Below the pieces are notes generated by a model, which did no database searches, was not told the origin of the DNA, and worked only from the letters and a program-made list of their open reading frames with translations. A stretch of DNA of 54,952 nucleotides, the filler included, from Catajapyx aquilonaris (taxonomy: Eukaryota), in NCBI GenBank assembly GCA_000934665.2. It is 3 parts of 3 records of this genome, joined end to end, with 100 filler letters (N's around TTAATTAATTAA, not from the genome) between each part and the next. Parts side by side here need not be neighbours in the genome. Positions count along the whole stretch, not along the records: positions 1 to 18,248 come from JYFJ02006735.1; 2 more parts are not named here. One strand, 5' to 3'. Positions 1 to 12,747 of the stretch are shown here, in pieces (within the stretch, counting starts at the first letter, position 1; every line of letters starts with the position of its first letter). Made by a program: the position numbers and the translations under genes.

Positions 1-33
1 GGACCACTGGAAGTGCCGTATAATTTTGATGAT

Positions 34-75
34 CAGTGAGTCAGTCAGTGAGTGAGTGAGTCAGTCAGTCAGTGT
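34..75. repeat. (CAGT/GAGT)n microsatellite, possibly part of a Helitron/Helentron-type repeat
   Basis: cagtgagtcagtcagtgagtgagtgagtcagtcagtcagtg; the family link is inference only. Confidence 0.55.
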
Positions 76-1042
76 CATATTTCGGTCGTTTCGGGAGATT
101 TTAGGATTTTTTAAGTCGGAAATGAAAAGAGATATGAACATGGAAGTAAGGGGGCATTATTTTTAATCGATTTTTATCTACCCAAATAAAAATTTTGAAG
201 CCACGTGTGTTCACCAGTGCGAAGATTCGAGGGGGTGAAAATGACGTGAGTTGTGTCGGGTAAAGGTGGTCCGGCAGTGCGGCGAGAACTTGGCGGGGGC
301 ACTGCCGTGCCCCCTAATAAGTCGAGAGAATATGATGAAAGGCAACAACATGCACATGTGCATGGGATTCTACTCTAGCACCATGGTGGTACTCGTATAT
401 GGTATAGCACCATGGTCCCCCATACAATTGGCAAATAAAAATTAAAATTAAAATGTCACTCTCAGGCTGCAATGGGGCCTATTAAGCACGGTTTCTCGAT
501 AAATTATCGCGGGTTCAAAAGTCACTCAAATTGGCGGGAAAAAGAGGGCGCACAGTGTTAGATATCAGAAAAAACACGATCGAAAATGATAGCTCCTTAT
601 AAGTACCGCATAAGTACGTAATAAGTCATGTTTTAGGGGTCGCTGATTTCAATTTTTAGGTTATTTTGAACCTGGACATACAGGGTGTACCAAAAATTCG
701 CCATGAAATTTAAGAACTTCTAGAAACAACACTGTCAGTAGGTGAAAATAACATTTCTGGATGCTTTCGGGGTCCTAATTTTGGTTTTTAGGTTATTTTG
801 AACCAGGACATACAGGGGGTACCATAAAAGACTACCGGTACCGAATTTAAGGTAGAATCTACATTATAAGTACGGATAGATGAAAAAATATTTTCCTATG
901 TGTTGGGGAACACTGATTTTTCTACACTGAACCTGGACATGCACCCTGTACCAAAAACACCATCAAATTTGAGAGCTCATGGAATAAATAGTGGAAGTAG
1001 TTGAAAATTTTGTTTCTGCACAAAATCGCGATTGCTGTTTAA

Positions 1043-1178
1043 CCCTGTAATGCCCCTTGGGTCATATCTGGCACACCATTTAGAGCAATTTGGCACTTAC
1101 AGGAAATATAAAAATGGCAAAAATTGCAAAAATTGCACTAAGTTGTGTGCCAGATATGACCCAGTGGGCATTACAGGG
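1043..1178. mobile_element. piggyBac-like MITE nested in 553-2227
   Basis: TTAA at 1039-1042 and 1179-1182; TIR CCCTGTAATGCCC..TGGGTCATATCTGGCACA / TGTGCCAGATATGACCCAGTGGGCATTACAGGG. Confidence 0.85.
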
Positions 1179-1264
1179 TTAAATTATTATGTAATTTTTT
1201 GTTATGTAGGCACTCAAAACTTTAGAAAACACACTGTGCTTCTGAAAAGGGTAGAAGTTATTAA

Positions 1265-1551
1265 CCCTGGAACCGTGCCGTGGGGTCTTTTTGGACCCCA
1301 AGGAAAAAAATGCATTGAAATGATCATTACAATGAACTTTTGCCATTTTTATACAGCATATAACAGGAAGTGCAGGCTTATTTTGAATTAGCGATCATTT
1401 TAGGCATTGTTGAAAGAATGATTGTATATAGTCAGTAGAGTACATTGAAAAGTATTATATAATAATGAATAAAAATTAAAATATGGTTGGGTCCGAAAAG
1501 ACCCCACGGCACGGTTGCCGTAATACTCGTAGGCACGGCACGGTTCCAGGG
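1265..1551. mobile_element. piggyBac-like MITE nested in 553-2227
   Basis: TTAA at 1261-1264 and 1552-1555; TIR CCCTGGAACCGTGCCGTG with an extra internal inverted copy near 1490-1516. Confidence 0.85.
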
Positions 1552-3106
1552 TTAATAATTATTAATGATCTTTGAAATTCAGTTTAGGACATAAATTGAA
1601 CCTCCCTCGCACGCACCTCTCAAGTGTTTTCATTTCTAAAATTGCGGGTAGTACATATTAGCAGCTGGATTATGATTTTCTAGTTACCGTACATCCTGAA
1701 GGTCACCATACCAGCAATTTCATGATGTCGTTGCGTGTCGCCGCTTTTCCAGGATATGATTTATCAAACGAACACCAAAAAAAATCAAGCTATTTTTAAA
1801 ATTTTATTTCATAAAAATTAAAAAATAATTGGTAAATAAATAAGCGATTTAATTCTATTTGTAACCCTCTCAATTAATTAAGAACATTATTTGCAATAAT
1901 TTATACCATTTATCCTACAGGTTATTAAATTCGACAGTGTTTTCGGTACACCCTGTAGGTCTTGGTTCAAAATAACCTCGAAATCAAAATCAGTGACCGC
2001 GAAAGCATCGGGAATTGTTATTTACACCTACTTATTGTGTTTTTTCTAGAAGTTCTTGAATTCCATGGCGACTTTTTGGTACACCCTGTAGGCCCAGGTT
2101 CAAAATAAGCTTAAAAATCGTAAATCAGCGACCCCTAAAACATGGGGAAATGTATTTTTTACGCACTTACACGGCTTAGTTGAGGAGCTATCATTTTCGA
2201 TCGTGTTCTTTCTGATATCAAACACTGTAGGGCGTGGCCTAAAGGGCGCATTCGGATTCCTGCCTGATGATAGTTGATACCAGCGTTACTGGTCGTTCGA
2301 TTCCGTTGTTAGTCTCCGCAACAAAGCAAACAAAGAAAGGATCAAAGCAGCCAGGGTGCGTTCCTCCCTCTGACCGATCTGTTGGGCAACAGTGACGTCA
2401 GGGGGCAATATGATACCGTATAAGTAATACTAGGCACCAACTTGCCAAAATTAGGGGGGGAAATTAGACAAAATTGCGAAAGTGGCGAGGGATGGAGAGA
2501 CCTTTGAGAGAGACGCGGACCAGGCAGCGACATCCGACGGCGAATTACCGAAGTAAGACGGTGCGGAGGTAGCTCCCGCGACCGGAACGGCGTTTATGGG
2601 AACTCCATGGTGGTTGGTTTTTTAAAGGCTGTCGGCGTTTTTTTGCGTTTTATAAATGCCCTGGACACTCTTTCAAAAAAAGCAAAATTTTAGTGCAAAT
2701 ATAGGACATGCGGGCTAAATTTTGACATCACTTCCAATGCTGTAGGCCGTACACAGCGACAGGAATCGCCATCACAGTAGGGTATTAATAATATAGATAT
2801 GATCTTAGATAGACCACAGCTCGAAAACTAATACGTACGATTTCAAACAACAAACCACCAAAATTCATTTAAAAATAATGACAAATTTTTTACATGGGTT
2901 TGCGAAAATGTAGGCTATGGCCCCATTCACTAAATATTGAAACATACTTTATTATGGTTGAACTGAACATTTGAAGCTACAAATGAAGTTTGATGATATA
3001 GCATTAGTTCTATGCAGTGGAAATGCTACATTTGTATATTTGTTTTAGAAAGTAATATTAAGTTATTTTGTTCTTGCTTTTCACAGAGAGAGTGGCTTGG
3101 CATAAA

Positions 3107-4301
3107 ATGAGTAGGCCCTACAGAACTCATCGTGACAGCAGATGTGAAGCCATTTTGTTTTGAATGGACCATTCGAAACTACAAGCCTCGTGAAATGATT
3201 GAAATGATTAAATCTGATCCATTCACCATCAGTGGATTGGAGTCAACAAAATGGAAACTGGAGATTTGTCCCTTGGGCAGCACGCAAGCTAACAGTGGTC
3301 ACGTCTCTCTTTTTCTTAATTGCTTCTCTAACAAATCTAATATTCAGATACCTATCACATTTTCCCTCGGCATTAAGCATGCCAATGGCGAAATAGACAT
3401 CAGAGATGATGATGATACAAGACAGTTCGTCACATTTTACAGGGGTAAGACTTCGGGACATAATCGATTCATTAAAATCCATGCCTTGATGGAGAGAGCA
3501 TCTGACCTTCTTCCAAATGGTAGTCTCACTTTGATTTGCAAGGGAGAGGTCATGTTGGGTATGAAAAGGAAAAAGACACCTGAAGTCGTGTCTGAAGTTC
3601 TTGTGGGCCCAGGATTGTTTGAGGACGCCAAGTCCATGCTGGAGTCCCATGTTGGGAGGGATGTAACTCTGGTGGCAAGTGACGGATCAGAACTTCCAGT
3701 GCACAAGTTCATTCTGTGTGCCCGAAGCCCAGTGTTTTCAGCCATGTTCGACCGCGAGTGTAAAGGCCATTTCACAAAAAAAATGTCGCGCGGCAAACGG
3801 CGCGACTTGCGGCAAATTTTATTGTTGCCAACAATATTGGCAACAATAAATATAAATAAAAATTTGCCGCAAGTCGCGCCGTTTGCCGCGCGACATTTTT
3901 TTTGTGAAATGGCCTTAAGGAAAATACGACGGGCAGAGTTGTCATTAAGGACTTGCAGGCAGATGTCCTGAGTGCCCTCATTAGTTTCATGTACACAGAT
4001 GAAGCCGGATGAAGCCCCTGAAGATATGATTGAGCTGGCCATGGATTTGTTCATTGCTGCTGATAAATATCAGGTCCCACGTCTTCAGTTTATGATGGAG
4101 AAACACATTAGCAACACTTTGTCTGTTGAAAATGTACTAAACATTTTGAGTCATGCTATCTTGCGTGACTCACCACCACTGAAGTATACATGCTTTGAGT
4201 TCATCCAGTCCCATTCAAAGGAGGTGAGAGAGAGCCAGTCTTGGATAGAATGTGCTGATGTTAATGTCTTCAGGATTGTTTCAGAATATTTGATGATGTA
4301 G
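3107..4301 (+). pseudogene. MATH-BTB-BACK (SPOP/roadkill-like) copy 1, disrupted
   Basis: MATH (FEWTI..S.PF..KWKL..HVSLFL) and BTB (DVTLVASDGSELPVHKFILCARSPVFSAMF) motifs. The homologous ATG at 3107 is out of frame with the body, a MITE sits at 3764-3915, and a 10-bp duplication gatgaagccg/gatgaagccc near 3998-4017 shifts the frame again. Confidence 0.9.
3764..3915. mobile_element. PIF/Harbinger (Tourist)-like MITE inserted in the BTB of copy 1
   Basis: TAA TSD at 3761-3763 and 3916-3918; TIR AGGCCATTTCACAAAAAAAATGTCGCGCGGCAAACGGCGCGACTTGCGGCAAATTTT; removal restores FDRECKENTTGRVVIKD as in the paralogues. Confidence 0.9.
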
Positions 4302-7300
4302 TCTACATTGGAGGGCGTATGCACATCTGCAATATATTATTTTGCATTGTAATCTAAGTTACTAATTGAAACTGTGGTAAATCATTGTTTTTCACATTGT
4401 AGTTGGTTGCCACTTGTGAATTGAACCCTTAAATGCGCTTATATGATTACTGTATTATTAATAATATAAAATATAAAGTTTGCATCACTCATGTCCTTTA
4501 TATATTATAGTACTTTATATATATTTTATATATATTTATATATATCAAATATATTAGATATTTATATATATTATATATTTTTATATATTATAGTACTTTA
4601 TTAATGCATGAAATACCCTGGTGTCATTTGTATTTTTGGCGCGTATGCAGTAATGATTCACATTATTATGTTCTCCTTTTGCTTGAGGCTCTTGATGACA
4701 ACAATCTGAAAATGTGATGATTTATTACTATTTATAGTGCTGTTACTAATGGGAATTTAATAAAGAAACGTTACTTTGTTTTTATAACAGTCAAAGTGTA
4801 TTAAATAATAATCGCCATAATGAAAAACCAGACATAATAATGATCATGCAAGCCAAATATAATTTCTACCTTGATTATTATCATTGTTTTTCAAATGTCA
4901 TTCTTTTTTTCTACACGGAGTTTATGGACATCTTCATTCCATGCGTAACGCGTTGTGAGAGACTGTTATGTAATGTATATGATGACTACATGCCTTACTT
5001 TGCACTGTCTTATTTTAATGTTGTATTTATTTGCTGAGAATTTTTCTGATATTTTCCAGATCTGCATTTATGTTGGAATTTATTACAAATGAGATTAATA
5101 TTCACAAATGTTCAGTGTTCAGATGTATATTTTACAGGAAATAGTGTTCCAGTTGTTTGAAACTTTTGTTTTGAATTTTTTATATTTGTTTTGACTGTCC
5201 TTTACACATGCGTTAAGACATCTAAATGAGGGCCCTCTTCCTTACTGTGTGTCGTATCATGGGATCTCTTTGTTTCTACAACTGTACAATTAAAATAATT
5301 AAAATGTTACAAGGTTCTAACTACATAGGATTTTCGTTGCAGTTACAACCTTGTAATTCTCCGGTGTCATACCAGTAAAAAAACCGTATTACGTTATCGC
5401 CATTTTTCAAGTACTGAAGAGAGTTTCAGAGTTTTCTTGTAGTGTTTGGATGACCAATAAAATTGTTCCGCTACTCAATGATTTTTAGAATATTTTTTGA
5501 TCCAGAAATAGTTTTAAAACTCCCACTTAACAATATTACAGTCTTACTCAATTGCCATTTATCAAAAATAAGACATCTTTTCTCGCCAAAATCACTGGGC
5601 GTAAGACACAGACGTTTGGTTAATTATTTAATTTATCGAGATGCATATTGTGTTTGAGCTTGAGCAATATTTTCCATATCGAAAATAATTTAACTGCATG
5701 GGCACATCTTACGTAGTAACACATCGAACATGAGCCCCCACTGACTGAAAATAAAAAATAATATAGATGATAAAAATGATAAGTTAAAACGGAAATGAAA
5801 ATCATTCCCAGTTTTATCGCCTCCTGATCTTTCACCCTTCAATAACCCACATCATAGCTCTACCCGTATATTGAAATCCTAATAATTTCTCGCCAGATAT
5901 GCCTGACTTAACTCGCGCCGATGACAGATAATGGCCAGGCTGAAGGACTGGGGAAGAAAAAGACAAGGAAGGTCTGTTATGGCACTAAAAAGTGGGCAAA
6001 AGGGGNGGGGGGGGGATTCGAGATAAGATCCTGAGGAGTCAGTCACCAGATTTGGAAGAGAGGGGCAGTTGGGACGAAGTGACCGAGGAAGACGTTTGGG
6101 TCCAGAAGACTGCTCAAAGAGGCTGCTGCGTGGACCAAGGGGCACTGCCAAAAAAGAGAGGGTGAGTGGCAGGGATGGCTGGGATCTGACATCCAAGTCA
6201 AGTCTGTGTGATGGGAGATCCATAACAGGCAGGGTTTGAAATTCTCGCAAAATCTGGAGAACCGAAATTAAATAGGCCTATTTGCCAACAATAAAATAAA
6301 ATCATTTTAGGTGCCTGATGTGTTGCGTAAATGAAGTCACTTCAACTGTGACATAACTTTCATGATTTTTATTGCGCTTGAAAATTTACATCACATACTG
6401 TAAGAAAGCATGACTCGAGAGCAGTGCCGATATAAATGGACGAGTAAAATAAATAAATCGCATTATGTTTTTAAGGAGTTTCAGAAATTTTCAAATCGTG
6501 TTAGTATGACCAATAAAATTGTTCCATTACGCGATGTTTTTAGGATATGTTTTGATTCATAAATAATTATTGTTAAATTCCACTAAAATTTAATTAACGT
6601 TTTCTCATGTATTGCCTCGTGCTCTCTTTCCTCCTCTTTCACCCCCGATTAATCCACATCATATAGCTCTAACGGTATATTGAAATCCCAATCATTTCTC
6701 GCGAGAAATGCCAGCCCTGCTTTATCTCTCTCACATAACAGATGAGGAAGGCACAAGGGCTGGGGGAGAGAAAGACAAGGAAGGTCTCTAAAGGAGGAGC
6801 AGGGGGGGGGGGGGNNNNNNNNGGGTGCAATCCGCCCAGTATTTCACACCGAAAAGCCCATCAACCCGTCCAGATGGCCCAAGACCCATCGAAAGGTTCA
6901 TTAAGTATGAGGGGGGGAAAATAAACATACTTGAATAACAAAATTTGTTATTCAAGTATCTATGTTTCTTCCCGTCATACTTTTAAAGTGAATATCTCGA
7001 CGGGTCGTTGGCCAACATTTCGTTTGTATTTAATACAAAACATGCACAAGATTATAATATCATTATTATTATTAATAATAACAACAACAATGCAAATCAA
7101 AAATTTAAAAATTTCGAAATTTGAAGCACCGTATCTATACAACATAGGTTATCTTCAATGGCAAAACTAAGATATAGGCATGTTAGGCTCATTTTCAGTT
7201 TTTTAAACATTGAACTTACATGCTAATGCTACATATGAAAGCTGATAATAATATGCGTAAAATTATTAATTATGTTACTTGGATATATTTTTGTTATTAT

Positions 7301-7343
7301 AAAGTTATCTTTGTTCTTGCTTTTCACAGTTGATTGGCAAAAA

Positions 7344-8366
7344 ATGACTACCAGACAGAAATACCTCACTACAGCAGATGCGAAGCCATTTAGCTTCAAA
7401 TGGACCATTGACAACTACTACATTCCCTATTCTGAAACGGATAAAATATCATATGCTTCTGACCCGTTCACCGTCAGTGGATTGAAGTCAGCAAAATGGA
7501 AGCTGCGTCTTTATCCCCAAGGCGAGATGCCAGTTGCTAATCGGAGTCACGTCTCTATTTACCTTGACTGTGTTTCTGACACACATCTCCTATTCCTTGC
7601 CACATTTTCACTCACCATTAAGAGTGTCAACAAAACGGACTACACTGGGGTTCCTGCTGGAAAGATCAACCAATTTTATGGGAACAGTGGCAGATGGGTG
7701 TGGCCTACGTTCATTGAAAACAAAGTCTTAAAAGAAAGATCATCTGACCTTTTTCCAAAGGGAACTCTGACGTTGATTTGCAATGGAGAAGTACTGTTGG
7801 ATGCAAACTGTAAAAATACACATGAAGTTCTTGGCTGTGGATTGCTCGAGGACTCAAAGTCCATGCTGGAGTCCCAGGTTGGCAGAGATGTAATTCTGGT
7901 GGCAAGTGATGGAACAGAACTTCCAGTGCACAAGTTCATTCTGTGTGCCCGGAGCCCCGTGTTTGCAGCCATGTTTGACCACGATACTGAGGAAAAGAAG
8001 ACTGGAAGGGTTATCATTCAGGACTTCAAACCAGATGTCCTGAGAGGCCTCATTAGCTTCATGTATAGTGATGAAGCCTCTGAAGATGTGACGGCGGAGC
8101 TGGCCATGGATCTGTTGCTTGCTGCTCACAAGTATCAGATCCCGCGTCTTCTGCATCTAATGGTGAAGCGTGTCAGCAGAATTTTGACTGCTGAAATTGT
8201 ACTAAACATTCTGACTCATGCAGTCTTGTTAGACTTGCCGACACTCAAGGATCCATGCTTACAGTACATCCTGTCTCATTCTAAGGAGGTGAGGCAGAGT
8301 CCATCCTGGAAGGAGTTTGCTGAAGTTGATGTATTGAAGCTCCTTATGGAGGTTTGGATGGAATAA
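7344..8366 (+). CDS. MATH-BTB-BACK (SPOP/roadkill-like) Cul3 adaptor, copy 2, intact, 340 aa
   Basis: Acceptor ttgcttttcacAG at 7328-7329, then aaaATG at 7344; uninterrupted ORF with MATH, BTB (HKFILCARSPVFAAMF..FMYSD) and BACK-like C terminus (LLLAAHKYQIPRL..LKDPCLQYI). Confidence 0.92.
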   Translation: MTTRQKYLTTADAKPFSFKWTIDNYYIPYSETDKISYASDPFTVSGLKSAKWKLRLYPQGEMPVANRSHVSIYLDCVSDTHLLFLATFSLTIKSVNKTDYTGVPAGKINQFYGNSGRWVWPTFIENKVLKERSSDLFPKGTLTLICNGEVLLDANCKNTHEVLGCGLLEDSKSMLESQVGRDVILVASDGTELPVHKFILCARSPVFAAMFDHDTEEKKTGRVIIQDFKPDVLRGLISFMYSDEASEDVTAELAMDLLLAAHKYQIPRLLHLMVKRVSRILTAEIVLNILTHAVLLDLPTLKDPCLQYILSHSKEVRQSPSWKEFAEVDVLKLLMEVWME

Positions 8367-9844
8367 TCTACGTTGGATTAATTGTTGTGATGGACATAAC
8401 GTAATTATTATGTGCATTAGTTATTGTTTTTTTTCTGAATTACTAATAGGAACTGTATCAATTAGTCTACATAGTTAATCAGTGTTCATAATTAAGATGG
8501 ATGCTTGGATGGTTGTCACCACCCCTTATATGCTAATATAAAACAGAAAGTGTGTATGCATGTCATAGCCATCATACCCTCTTGCAGACTGCCTAGAATA
8601 GTGAAAATTGGTAGATTCAAGGCTGAGGCTGTGTTACGTCCAGGAAAGTTGCTGAAATTCAAAATATTTCCTTAGATATCCAGTTTTATTGCAAATATTT
8701 CCCAAACAGAAACACATGTCAACACTGATTCTGTGATACTATAGACAATAGACTACTAGAGGAACTTGGTGTACAGTAGTGCATGCTGATGAGGTCTAGA
8801 GAAATCTATAATTTTCATTTTGATATTATTCAGATATTTTGTTAAAAGTAGACTACTCCATTTGGCTTTGTACTCGTAGAATATCAGGGAGGTAGCAACT
8901 GTTGGGGGAAAATAATGTCATTCAGATTTTCTGTATTGAGTGGGCATCTCTATATTCCATACTGCATTACATAGTGTGGTGAGAAAGAGTAGTGTGTAAT
9001 TCGTATGTTACATTCGTGTATTAGTGCTGTACTTATTTTAAGTTCGTTTTTTGGATGAGAATATTTTCCTGTTATTGTCCAGATCTGCATTTCTCTTGGA
9101 ATTTACGCCAGATGAGATTAATTTTCACTAAAATGTTTAGTACTTATTTAGGTCAGTATAGGAAGGAATTAGTCAAGTTGTTTGGAATTTTTGTCTTTTC
9201 TATTTTGAGCAGTGCCTTACTCATGAGATGAAGTCATCCCGTAACTGTATTTTTCCACAGTGTATGTCTATCCAGTGGATTTTTAAATATGCACTGTACA
9301 CTTCAATCTTATAATAAAGCAATAATTGAATTTAACGAAAACAGTAATTATTATTTTTCAGTCATAAACAACAACAATTTACAACTACAGATACATCAGC
9401 AAACAACTTCCGATGTAGGTAAGATGTTAATGGGCATTTTAATTGCAGGAGCTTAAAATTGCATGATCTCTTCCATGTAATGCGGATAGTCATACGCGTA
9501 CAGTACAATCAAATATTTCAAAAATTTGCCCTTGCACTTTGAATGTATAGGCTTGCCTTTTACAACATTGGCCCCAAAAGATGTAATCTGGAAGACCGAA
9601 TTGTAATTTGTGATGGTCTCCAGAAAATGTTTTGAATTAGGTGATGAATTAGGTACAAACGTTACAAAGTTAAAAAAGAAACAAATGCAAAAAGATGGAA
9701 AAGTACATGACACAATACGTAACACAGTTCGTGCATGACAATGACAGGGCCTTATCTATATCAGGAAGAAAATAAAAAAATAAAAGAGTATTATCTTGCT
9801 GATATTATATCCCTGTGCATTGCTCAACATTCAAGGCTACTTTA

Positions 9845-9949
9845 GACAAGCTTCAGACTGAAGTGGTAGTTGGCAAAGAGACGAGGGGGGACATTCTCTC
9901 ATCGACTGGCCTGCAAACATTTTAGTTTGAATCACTGTTTTGGGTAAGT
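9845..9949 (+). promoter_or_regulatory. Putative non-coding 5' leader exon and splice donor for copy 3
   Basis: Ends TGG|GTAAGT (GT at 9944-9945); homologous to 12640-12747 (shared catcgactggcc); predicted intron 9944-10637 ending cttttcacAG. Confidence 0.55.
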
Positions 9950-10651
9950 GGAGACAGGTCGAGAGATCAAACAGTGAATGTGTCAGACGTTACTTGCACA
10001 ACCGATGTAAAATCGTAATGAACAAGTCAAAGGAGGAATTTCTTCGAAATTATGTATTCCACACATACTGTATTTTGTTCTCGCAAAATACCAGGTATCT
10101 TCTCAATTTATGATGTACGGTAATACTGTATGTCAAACCAAACAAAATTTCAATGGCCATATCAGACAAATATATGGATCCTTGGAATATTTTGCTTTAA
10201 ATATACATTCGAGTTTAACTGAATGAATAAAAGCCCAAAAGTATATGCTGGGTTTTCCCTACGTATACACCAAACAAAGTGGGCATAAGTCAAAGCCTTT
10301 TCGTAACCTTCATTGGGGGTGTTAGTTTTATCTTTGCTTCTCATTACCATGATGTCACATAACCTTTTAAATCGGCACAATACATAGAGTAGAAATGCAC
10401 ATATGAAACTCAAAAAGAAGTGTAATATGTGTGATTTTATTACATCTTATAAGATATCATGTACAATATAGCAAAACTGCGGCGTAGTATCATGTTGGTC
10501 TCATTTTCTATGGGTTGTAATTGTGCTGTAGACACTACAAATGAAAGCTTATGAATATGATAATTATGATTAATTATTTTGTGCAGTGGAAACAATAATT
10601 TGTTTTAAGAAGTAATTTTTGTTTTCGCTTTTCACAGTTGAATGACAAAAA

Positions 10652-11629
10652 ATGACTAGGCCTACCATACAGAAATTCGTCATGACAGCAGATATTAAGC
10701 CATCTTGTTTTGAATGGACCATTGACAACTACAAGCACCGTTGGATGGGTAAAAAAGTTATTAAATCTGAACATTTCACCATCAGTGGATTGGAGTCAAC
10801 AAAATGGGAGCTGGTGCTTCATCCCAAAGGAGCTGGAAATGGTTACATCTCTCTTTTCCTTCATTGCTGTTCTGATGCAGATAATTTCCAATTCCCTGCC
10901 ACATTTTCTCTCACCATTAAAAGTGCCAATAACAAAAACGACTACACTAGAGATGCTACTGAAAAGTTCAATATATTTTCCACGCAAAATTATAATTGGG
11001 GGTTTCATGAATTTATTGGAATCAAATTCTTGGAAGAGAGAGCTTCTGATCTTCTTCCAAATGGTAATCTGACCTTTATTTGCAAAGTAGAGGTGATGTT
11101 GGATATGAAGTGTACAAAAGCACCTGAAGTTCCTGATGGCCCTGGATTGCTTGACGATGCCAAGTGCATGCTGGAGTCCCAGGTTGGCAGGGATGTAACT
11201 CTGGTGACAAGTGACGGAACAGAACTTCCAGTGCACAAGTTCATTCTGTGTGCTCGAAGCCCTGTGTTTGCAGCCATGTTTGATCACGATGCAGAGGAGA
11301 AGAAGACGGGCAGGGTTTCAATCAAGGACTTCAATTCAGATGTCCTGAGAGGCCTCATTAGTTTCATGTACACAGATGAAGCCCCTGAAGATGTGAAGGA
11401 ACTGGCCATGGAGATGTTGATTGCATCTCACAAGTATCAAATCCCACGCCTTCTGTTTCTGATGGTGAAGTGTGTCAGTAGCATTTTGACTGTTGAAAAT
11501 GTACTGAACATTTTGAGTCACGCCATGTTGCTTGACTTGCCACAACTGAAGGATGCCTGCTTGCTGTTCATCAAGTCTAATCCAAAGGAGGTGAGACAGA
11601 CAGAGCCAGCTCTGGAAGGAATGTGCTGA
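10652..11629 (+). CDS. MATH-BTB (SPOP-like) copy 3, C-terminally frameshifted
   Basis: 325-aa ORF with the SPOP-like WGF motif (NWGFHEFI). An ACAG duplication at 11596-11603 shifts the frame; the ancestral tail SQLWKECADVDVIRLVSELWMK* ends at TAG 11670-11672. Confidence 0.88.
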   Translation: MTRPTIQKFVMTADIKPSCFEWTIDNYKHRWMGKKVIKSEHFTISGLESTKWELVLHPKGAGNGYISLFLHCCSDADNFQFPATFSLTIKSANNKNDYTRDATEKFNIFSTQNYNWGFHEFIGIKFLEERASDLLPNGNLTFICKVEVMLDMKCTKAPEVPDGPGLLDDAKCMLESQVGRDVTLVTSDGTELPVHKFILCARSPVFAAMFDHDAEEKKTGRVSIKDFNSDVLRGLISFMYTDEAPEDVKELAMEMLIASHKYQIPRLLFLMVKCVSSILTVENVLNILSHAMLLDLPQLKDACLLFIKSNPKEVRQTEPALEGMC

Positions 11630-12639
11630 TGTTGACGTCATTAGACTCGTTTCAGAATTATGGATGAAGTAGTGTACATTATTTTGATATGTATTTTTGA
11701 GATATACTCGTATACACATGTGATGTTCTTGGTCTTTATCTGAGTTACTGATTGGAACTCCGTGAATTACCTACCTAATCATTATTGTTCATGTTACAAG
11801 AGGTTTTAGATTGTAAATTGACCCATTTTCTTTCTTTACTATAATATAAAACAGAAAGTTTGCATGCATGTCAGGGGCTCAGGGATACCTAACCCTCTTC
11901 CAGACTAGAATATTGTGAAAATTGGTTGGTTGATGGCCGAGGAAGTGTTACTTCCAAGAAAGTGGCAGAAATCTATCACCACACTTAAACATAATCTAGC
12001 ATTTTTGTACCAGAAAATGAGACAATTTGCCAGTGTAAACAACGGGTCAATAACCAGTTGTAATATTCAAGGATCATGCAAGCCACATACGTATATTAGC
12101 TTACTTCTGAGTTTTTTTTTCTGTTTTTAAGAATATGATTTTGGTTGTGGTTGTGATTTTTTGACTGTATTATTATACCACGACGAGAATTTGTCTCAAT
12201 ATTATTTCCAAACCTGCATTTCCGTTGGAATTTAATCCAAATAATCTTAACATTCACAAATGTTCAGTATTCAGACACATTTTTAGATTTAAGTTGGATA
12301 GAAATGAAGTTGTTAAATGGAATGATGAAGTTAAACACATTCATATCGCTTCGTTCCTCCATCTCATTTCATATCGCCAGTATCCCCAACGGTGATTCTG
12401 TTGGCACCATTGCCAATACCTTGTATCGGAATGTGGGTGACCGAAAAATGCAGCATGATTTATTCTCATTTACAAGATGTAAAATAATCCCTGATCGGAT
12501 CACTTGATATTGAATGTTATTGCGCACCATCCAATGGGAATATTTCGTGCGGTTCACTGGGGGATTCCCTCTGGATAGTATTTTCATGAGGATTGCACAA
12601 TTTAGCTGCACTCGTCACGACCACTCCGTTCTTGCTCAA

Positions 12640-12747
12640 GATAAGTCAGGCTGAAGGGCAGTGGGCAGTGGACAAAGATTCGACTATACAATCTGACATC
12701 GACTGGCCCATACAACATATTCGTTTGGGTGACTGCTTCAGGTAAGA
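12640..12747 (+). promoter_or_regulatory. Putative 5' leader exon and splice donor for copy 4
   Basis: Ends CAG|GTAAGA (GT at 12742-12743); homologous to 9845-9949; acceptor cttttcacAG at 13810-13811. Confidence 0.5.

Larger units (their letters stand above)
553..2227. mobile_element. Non-autonomous Tc1/mariner-like element with long TIRs and subterminal tandem units
   Basis: Left end CAGTGTTAGATATCAGAAAAAACACGATCGAAAATGATAGCTCC at 553 matches the reverse complement ending at 2227, followed by TA (left flank is CA). A unit containing TGAACC(T/A)GGACAT recurs near 660, 790 and 930 and inverted near 1950 and 2085. Confidence 0.75.

Noticed and set aside
7272..7343. Hydrophobic signal-peptide-like N-terminal extensions in the ORF track (also at 13787 and 15893)
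   Set aside because: They are translations of the polypyrimidine tract upstream of the conserved acceptor AG
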